Part shown: one piece after another, positions 58,596-64,000 of the stretch
How positions within the stretch are numbered: position 1 is the first letter of the stretch
Layout of the letters: every line of letters begins with the position of its first letter
Assembly: GCA_903855945.1 (NCBI GenBank)
Contig: CAIOAK010000177.1
Coordinates: 86-64,085 of the forward strand
Reading direction: 5' to 3'
DNA: 64,000 nt
From: an uncultured Anaeromyxobacter sp.
GTDB taxonomy: Bacteria > Myxococcota > Myxococcia > Myxococcales > Anaeromyxobacteraceae
The notes under the pieces: generated by a model
Seen by the model: only the letters and a program-made list of their open reading frames with translations
Told to the model about the DNA's origin: nothing
Databases searched by the model: none
Made by a program: the position numbers and the translations under genes

Positions 58596-60155
58596 TCAGG
58601 GAGCGGCGTCCCCACCCGGGGGGGCCTGAGGCTCGCCGGACGAAGTGACCGAAGCGGTCTCGACCGGCGGAACCGGATCCGGGACCGGGGCGGGGGGGGG
58701 CGCCTCGACCTGCGGTTCGGTCTGGGGCTCGCTGCGGGCGGCCTCCACCTTGGCCGCCAGGGCGGCGAAGGGATTGTGGGTCAGGCTCTTGGGCTTGTCC
58801 GAGCGGGGCTGCGGGCCCCGGTCGCCAGGGAGGCGGGGCCCCATGTACCGGGGCTTCCGGTCGCCGGGACCGCCGGGATGGCCTCCAGGCCCGCGGTCGG
58901 GACGGTCGGGGCGGTGGGGACGGTCGTGGCGGGGAGGGGCGTCGGTCCTCTCCGGCCTGGGCGGCGGCGCATCGGCCGGCGGGGCGGCGACTGCCTCCGC
59001 GGCGCGCGGCTCGGTCCGCTCGATCCGCTCCGGGCGGGGAGGACGGGGCGGGCGGGCCTTCTTCTCCTGCGGCTTGCGTGCAGGCTGCCCGCTCCCCGCA
59101 GGCCGGGGGACGTAGATCACCGGGGTCATGAACTCCGGCGGCGGCCCCTTCTTCTCCACCTGCGCGGTGGGGAGCGTGCCGCGCCAGATGTGGTGGCCGT
59201 AGATGTTCTGAGCGTCCGTCCAGCGGCGGGACCCGCCGTCCTTCCCCATCAGGCCGAGCCAGGAGTTGATGCGGCTGTCGAGGTCGTCGATGAAGTGGGT
59301 GACGAGCGCCTCGAGCGTGGCCGGTGTCTTCGGGGATCCGAACTCGAGCCGGCCGTGGTGGGAGAGGACGATGTGAACCACGTGCTGCTCGAGTTCACGC
59401 GGCACGCCGACGCGACGGGCCTTCTCGTGGATCCACTGCGCGGCCATCACGAGGTGCCCGACGAGCCGCCCCTCGTCCGAGTACTCGACGTTCCGCTCGA
59501 AGGCCAGTTCGCGGATCTTTCCCAGGTCGTGGAAGAAAGCCCCGGCGACCAGGAGATCGCGGTCGAGCTGCGGGTACTGGTCGGCGATGCGGTGCGAGAG
59601 CTTGATGCAGCTCACCGTGTGCTCGAGCAGGCCGCCCGCGCAGGCGTGGTGTACGCTCTTCGCAGCGGGTGCACGGCGCAGGCGGGCTGCCACGTCGTCG
59701 TCGAGCAGGAAGGCCTTCACCAGGTCCTTCACGTGGGTGTCGGTGATGGCCTCGACGAGTCCGATCAACTCGGCCCAGGTCGCATCCGTTCCGTCGTCCG
59801 CCGGGGTCTTCTCCGGCTTGCGCGGCTCGGGCGGCGGAACCCAGGTGAAGTCGGCCCCGTCGATCCCGGCGACGGCGGGATCGAGCCTGGAGACCGACTC
59901 GAGGCGAAGCTGGGGCTTCCCCTGGAAGGACCCGACGATGCCCTCGACCTCGATGAGGTCCTTCTCGTCGAACAGGGCGGAGAGTTCCTCCACGCGGTCG
60001 AAGGAGCGAGCCTCGATCTCGCCGGTGCGATCGACCAGCGTGGCGGCGAGGTAGGTCTTCCCGCTCTTGGCGGTGGGGATGGCCTTTCGAGCCACCGCGA
60101 AGATGGCCTTCACGCGCTCGCCTTCCTTGATGTCCTTCACCCAGGTCTTCTCCAT
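58596..60155 (-). CDS. YhaM/Cbf1-like OB-fold + HD-domain 3'-5' exoribonuclease with a Pro/Arg-rich C-terminal tail
   Basis: N-terminal OB (ATLVDRTGEIEARSF). HD domain (HHACAGGLLEHT...FFHDLGK...LSHHG). The last ~186 aa are low-complexity and rich in P/R/E/A. Confidence 0.82.
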   Translation of the reverse strand: MEKTWVKDIKEGERVKAIFAVARKAIPTAKSGKTYLAATLVDRTGEIEARSFDRVEELSALFDEKDLIEVEGIVGSFQGKPQLRLESVSRLDPAVAGIDGADFTWVPPPEPRKPEKTPADDGTDATWAELIGLVEAITDTHVKDLVKAFLLDDDVAARLRRAPAAKSVHHACAGGLLEHTVSCIKLSHRIADQYPQLDRDLLVAGAFFHDLGKIRELAFERNVEYSDEGRLVGHLVMAAQWIHEKARRVGVPRELEQHVVHIVLSHHGRLEFGSPKTPATLEALVTHFIDDLDSRINSWLGLMGKDGGSRRWTDAQNIYGHHIWRGTLPTAQVEKKGPPPEFMTPVIYVPRPAGSGQPARKPQEKKARPPRPPRPERIERTEPRAAEAVAAPPADAPPPRPERTDAPPRHDRPHRPDRPDRGPGGHPGGPGDRKPRYMGPRLPGDRGPQPRSDKPKSLTHNPFAALAAKVEAARSEPQTEPQVEAPPPAPVPDPVPPVETASVTSSGEPQAPPGGDAAP

Positions 60156-60241
60156 GGTTCGCGGAAGCTATCCCAGGCCGACTCGGGAGACAACCGCGCG
60201 TTCCGGAGTTACGCTGGTGTCCGGAGCGAAGGGAGGCCGAC

Positions 60242-60655
60242 ATGTCGAGGCACAAGATCGAGCGTTTCATGACTCCGACGCCGCACACCATCTCCGCGCG
60301 TCAGACGCTCGCCGACGCGCATCGCGCGATGCGGGAGCGGGGGGTGCGCCACCTGCCGGTGGTGGCGGATGGGCGGCTCGTCGGCGTGGTCTCGCAGCGG
60401 GATCTCTACCTGCTCGAGACCCTGCGAGGGGTGGACGTCGGGCGTGAACTCGTGGAGGAGGCGATGAGCGACGAGCCCTTCGTGGTCGCCCCGGACGCGC
60501 TCCTCGTCGAGGTGGCCGAGGCCATGGCCACACGGAAGCACGGGTCGGTCCTCGTGGTGGAGAGGGAGACGGTGGTCGGGATCTTCACGTCGACCGACGC
60601 ACTCCGGGCCCTCGTGACCCTCCTTCGCGAGGAGGGTGCCCTGGGCGGTGGGTAG
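60242..60655 (+). CDS. CBS domain pair protein
   Basis: Two CBS units (MTPTPHTISARQTLADA...HLPVV; MSDEPFVVAPDALLVEVAEAM...VLVV). GGGAGG SD. Confidence 0.88.
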   Translation: MSRHKIERFMTPTPHTISARQTLADAHRAMRERGVRHLPVVADGRLVGVVSQRDLYLLETLRGVDVGRELVEEAMSDEPFVVAPDALLVEVAEAMATRKHGSVLVVERETVVGIFTSTDALRALVTLLREEGALGGG

Positions 60656-60804
60656 GGGGCTGGACGCGCAAGGGATGCGTCTCGCATGGGTCGAGGCGCA
60701 AGGGGTGCAACGGAAACCCCCTGATTCGAGCCATTTCCGCTCGGCACGCTCCGTGAAGTGACGCCTTCCAGGCCCCCGTGTGGGGGACTGGAGAGTTGCA
60801 TCCC

Positions 60805-61101
60805 ATGAGCCGCATCGACAGCGAAGCCCGTTCCCTGCTCCTCGACCGGAGGGAGGCGCTTCGTCGCGCCCATCCGGGCGACGGAGGGAGCCTCCTGTCC
60901 GACGGGATTCCAGTGGCGGTGGTGGCGGACCAGGTTGCGCGCGAACTCGCGGAGGTCGATGCGGCGCTCAGCCGGATCGCGGCCGGCAGCTACGGCGCCT
61001 GCAGCTCCTGCGGTGGTCCGCTCGGCCTGCAGCGGCTCCGAGCCATGCCGGAGGCGCGCTTCTGCCTCGGCTGTAGTGGCCGACGGCCCGCAGACGATTA
61101 A
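60805..61101 (+). CDS. DksA/TraR-family C4 zinc-finger protein
   Basis: CSSC-x17-CLGC. GGAGAG SD 12 nt before ATG 60805 (the track start 60778 has no SD). Confidence 0.8.
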   Translation: MSRIDSEARSLLLDRREALRRAHPGDGGSLLSDGIPVAVVADQVARELAEVDAALSRIAAGSYGACSSCGGPLGLQRLRAMPEARFCLGCSGRRPADD

Positions 61102-61110
61102 GTCCCCCGG

Positions 61111-61749
61111 GTGACGACGTACGCGTACGCGCTCGGTGAGGCCCTCTACCTGAACCTCACCTCGGCCTGCACGCTGGCCTGCGTCTTCTGTCCGAAGATC
61201 CGGGACGACGACTGGGTGGTCGGGGGGTACGACCTGCGCCTCTCCCGCGCTCCCTCGGCGGACGAGGTCTGGGACCAGGTGCTCCGGGCCGGCCTGGCCG
61301 GGCGTCCCGAGGTGGTGTTCACGGGGCTCGGCGAGCCGACCCGTCGACTGAGCGTGTTGCTCGAGATCACGCGGCGACTCGTCGATGCGGGCGTCGCGCG
61401 GGTCCGGCTCGACACAGACGGTCTCGCCAGCCTCCGGGAAGGACGGGACGTCATCCCGGAGATGGCCCGCGCCGGCCTCGGCGCCCTGGTGGTCTCGCTC
61501 AACGCGCCGGATTCCGCCACCTACGTCCGGCTCTGCCCGAACCAGTACGGGGAAGCGGCCTGGGAGGCCGCGCGTGACTTCCTGCGATCGGCGGCGGGGT
61601 GCATCCCCGACGTGGAGGCGAGCTTCGTCGGGGTACCGGGGCTCGATGCCGAGGCCTGCCGGATGGAGGCGGAACGGCTCGGAGCCCGGTTCCGCTTGCG
61701 GCCGTACGACCGGGTGGGAAGGTTGAAGGAGCAGGGCGGAAACGCCTGA
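61111..61749 (+). CDS. Small radical SAM protein (resembles the TatD-associated radical SAM family)
   Basis: CX3CX2C cluster CTLACVFC near the N-terminus and a GLGEP SAM-binding-like motif. 212 aa. GTG start 10 nt after the DksA-like stop. Confidence 0.75.
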   Translation: MTTYAYALGEALYLNLTSACTLACVFCPKIRDDDWVVGGYDLRLSRAPSADEVWDQVLRAGLAGRPEVVFTGLGEPTRRLSVLLEITRRLVDAGVARVRLDTDGLASLREGRDVIPEMARAGLGALVVSLNAPDSATYVRLCPNQYGEAAWEAARDFLRSAAGCIPDVEASFVGVPGLDAEACRMEAERLGARFRLRPYDRVGRLKEQGGNA

Positions 61750-61940
61750 CCTGGGCCCTACATGGGGCTATCCGCAACCATTTCGCGCCATCCCGGGCCC
61801 CGACCGAGTCCATGAAGAACCGTGAAGGTTCGGTCGGTTGAGTGGGGCGGGGCTGGACCCAGGGATCGAAAAGGTGCATATCATGCGGGCCTCCGCAGCG
61901 ATTGCGCATCCTGAGGGGAGACGAGGGCGTTCGGGAAGAA

Positions 61941-63371
<1,431 letters not shown>

Positions 63372-63386
63372 GGGCGGGCGTGGAGG

Positions 63387-64000
63387 TCAGCGTCCGCGCG
63401 GGACCCGGAGTGCGAAGCGCGCGCCCCCCTCCGGGGCGTCCTCCACCGTGATCGTCCCGCCGTGCTGGGTGACGATGGCGTGGACGATGGGAAGTCCCAG
63501 TCCCGACCCTTGCGCCTTGGTCGTGAAGAAGGGCTCGAAGATCCGCTCCCGGATCTCGGGGGCTACCCCGGCGCCGCTGTCGTCGACCAGGATCTCGACC
63601 GTGTCGGGGTGCTCGCCGGGCCGGCAGGAGACGCGGACCCAGCCCCCTTCCCGGACCGCGTCGAACGCGTTCAACGCCAGGTTCATCACCACCTGCTGGA
63701 GACGCTCGACGTCGCCCGCGACCGGGGGAACCGGCGCGAAATCGCGGAGCACCCGGACGTGCCGCTTCTCCGCCGGACCGCCCAGGAGGGCGAGCACCCG
63801 CTCGAGCACCGGGGTCACGTCCACCGCCTTGGGGTAGAACTCGCGCGGCCGCGCGAACTGCAGGAAATCCTCCAGGATGTGGTCGAGGCGCCGGATCTCG
63901 TCCCGCACGAGGTGGAGGGGCTGGAGGAGCGGCCCCTGCTCGGGCGCGGGCAGTCGTCCCACGCGTCGCTCCAGGACGGTGAGCTGGAGCGCCGCGGCGT
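63387..64000 (-). CDS. Sensor histidine kinase, C-terminal part only (N-terminus lies beyond the window)
   Basis: HATPase_c N box (VVMNLALNAFDA), G1 (DDSGAGV) and G2 (GSGLGL). The frame stays open upstream to position 64000. Convergent with the NtrC-like gene. Confidence 0.85.
   Translation of the reverse strand, partial: AAALQLTVLERRVGRLPAPEQGPLLQPLHLVRDEIRRLDHILEDFLQFARPREFYPKAVDVTPVLERVLALLGGPAEKRHVRVLRDFAPVPPVAGDVERLQQVVMNLALNAFDAVREGGWVRVSCRPGEHPDTVEILVDDSGAGVAPEIRERIFEPFFTTKAQGSGLGLPIVHAIVTQHGGTITVEDAPEGGARFALRVPRGR

Noticed and set aside
60656-60804. Sigma-54 promoter or small RNA in the CBS/DksA-like spacer (also checked 61750-61940 upstream of the NtrC-like gene)
   Set aside because: I looked for TGGCAC-N5-TTGC-type GG/GC elements with correct spacing and found none convincing. 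Only short hairpins and a 13-nt imperfect direct repeat are present, which is not enough to call an RNA gene.

Overview
This is a very GC-rich bacterial chromosomal segment (well above 65% by eye). It is densely packed, with about 52 protein genes, and many junctions are short or overlap as ATGA/GTGA. Housekeeping genes dominate: hisZ-purA, cdnL(carD)-ispDF-cysS, uvrB-uvrC, ppa, plsB, pyrD, queE, recO, glyQS, polA and holB-holA-metG-tatD. The gene content suggests a Myxococcota (Anaeromyxobacter-like) genome, which is inference only. That content includes CdnL, a CarH-like MerR/B12 regulator, an FHA protein, a PilW/Tgl-like TPR lipoprotein next to a RodZ-like protein, tandem phasins, an NtrC-type sigma-54 activator and frequent GTG/TTG starts. 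The left edge carries a group II intron, 5'-truncated by the window, whose 3' end abuts the hisZ start codon. I saw no rRNA, tRNA, CRISPR array, transposase or integrase. The best candidates for a second look are: (1) a compact putative light/B12 switch, made of a CarH-signature regulator divergent from an SRPBCC gene across an AT-rich 39-bp nested palindrome with 11-bp-spaced hexamers; (2) the intron/hisZ junction; (3) two translationally coupled large lipoprotein genes with no domains I can recognise, preceded by a 9-bp perfect inverted repeat built partly from rare codons; (4) an orphan GspE-type ATPase coupled to a Ycf46-like AAA+ ATPase. The giant ORFs in the track (up to 2560 aa) are antisense shadows of known genes and are rejected. 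All domain calls come from motif recognition by eye, because no searches could be run.
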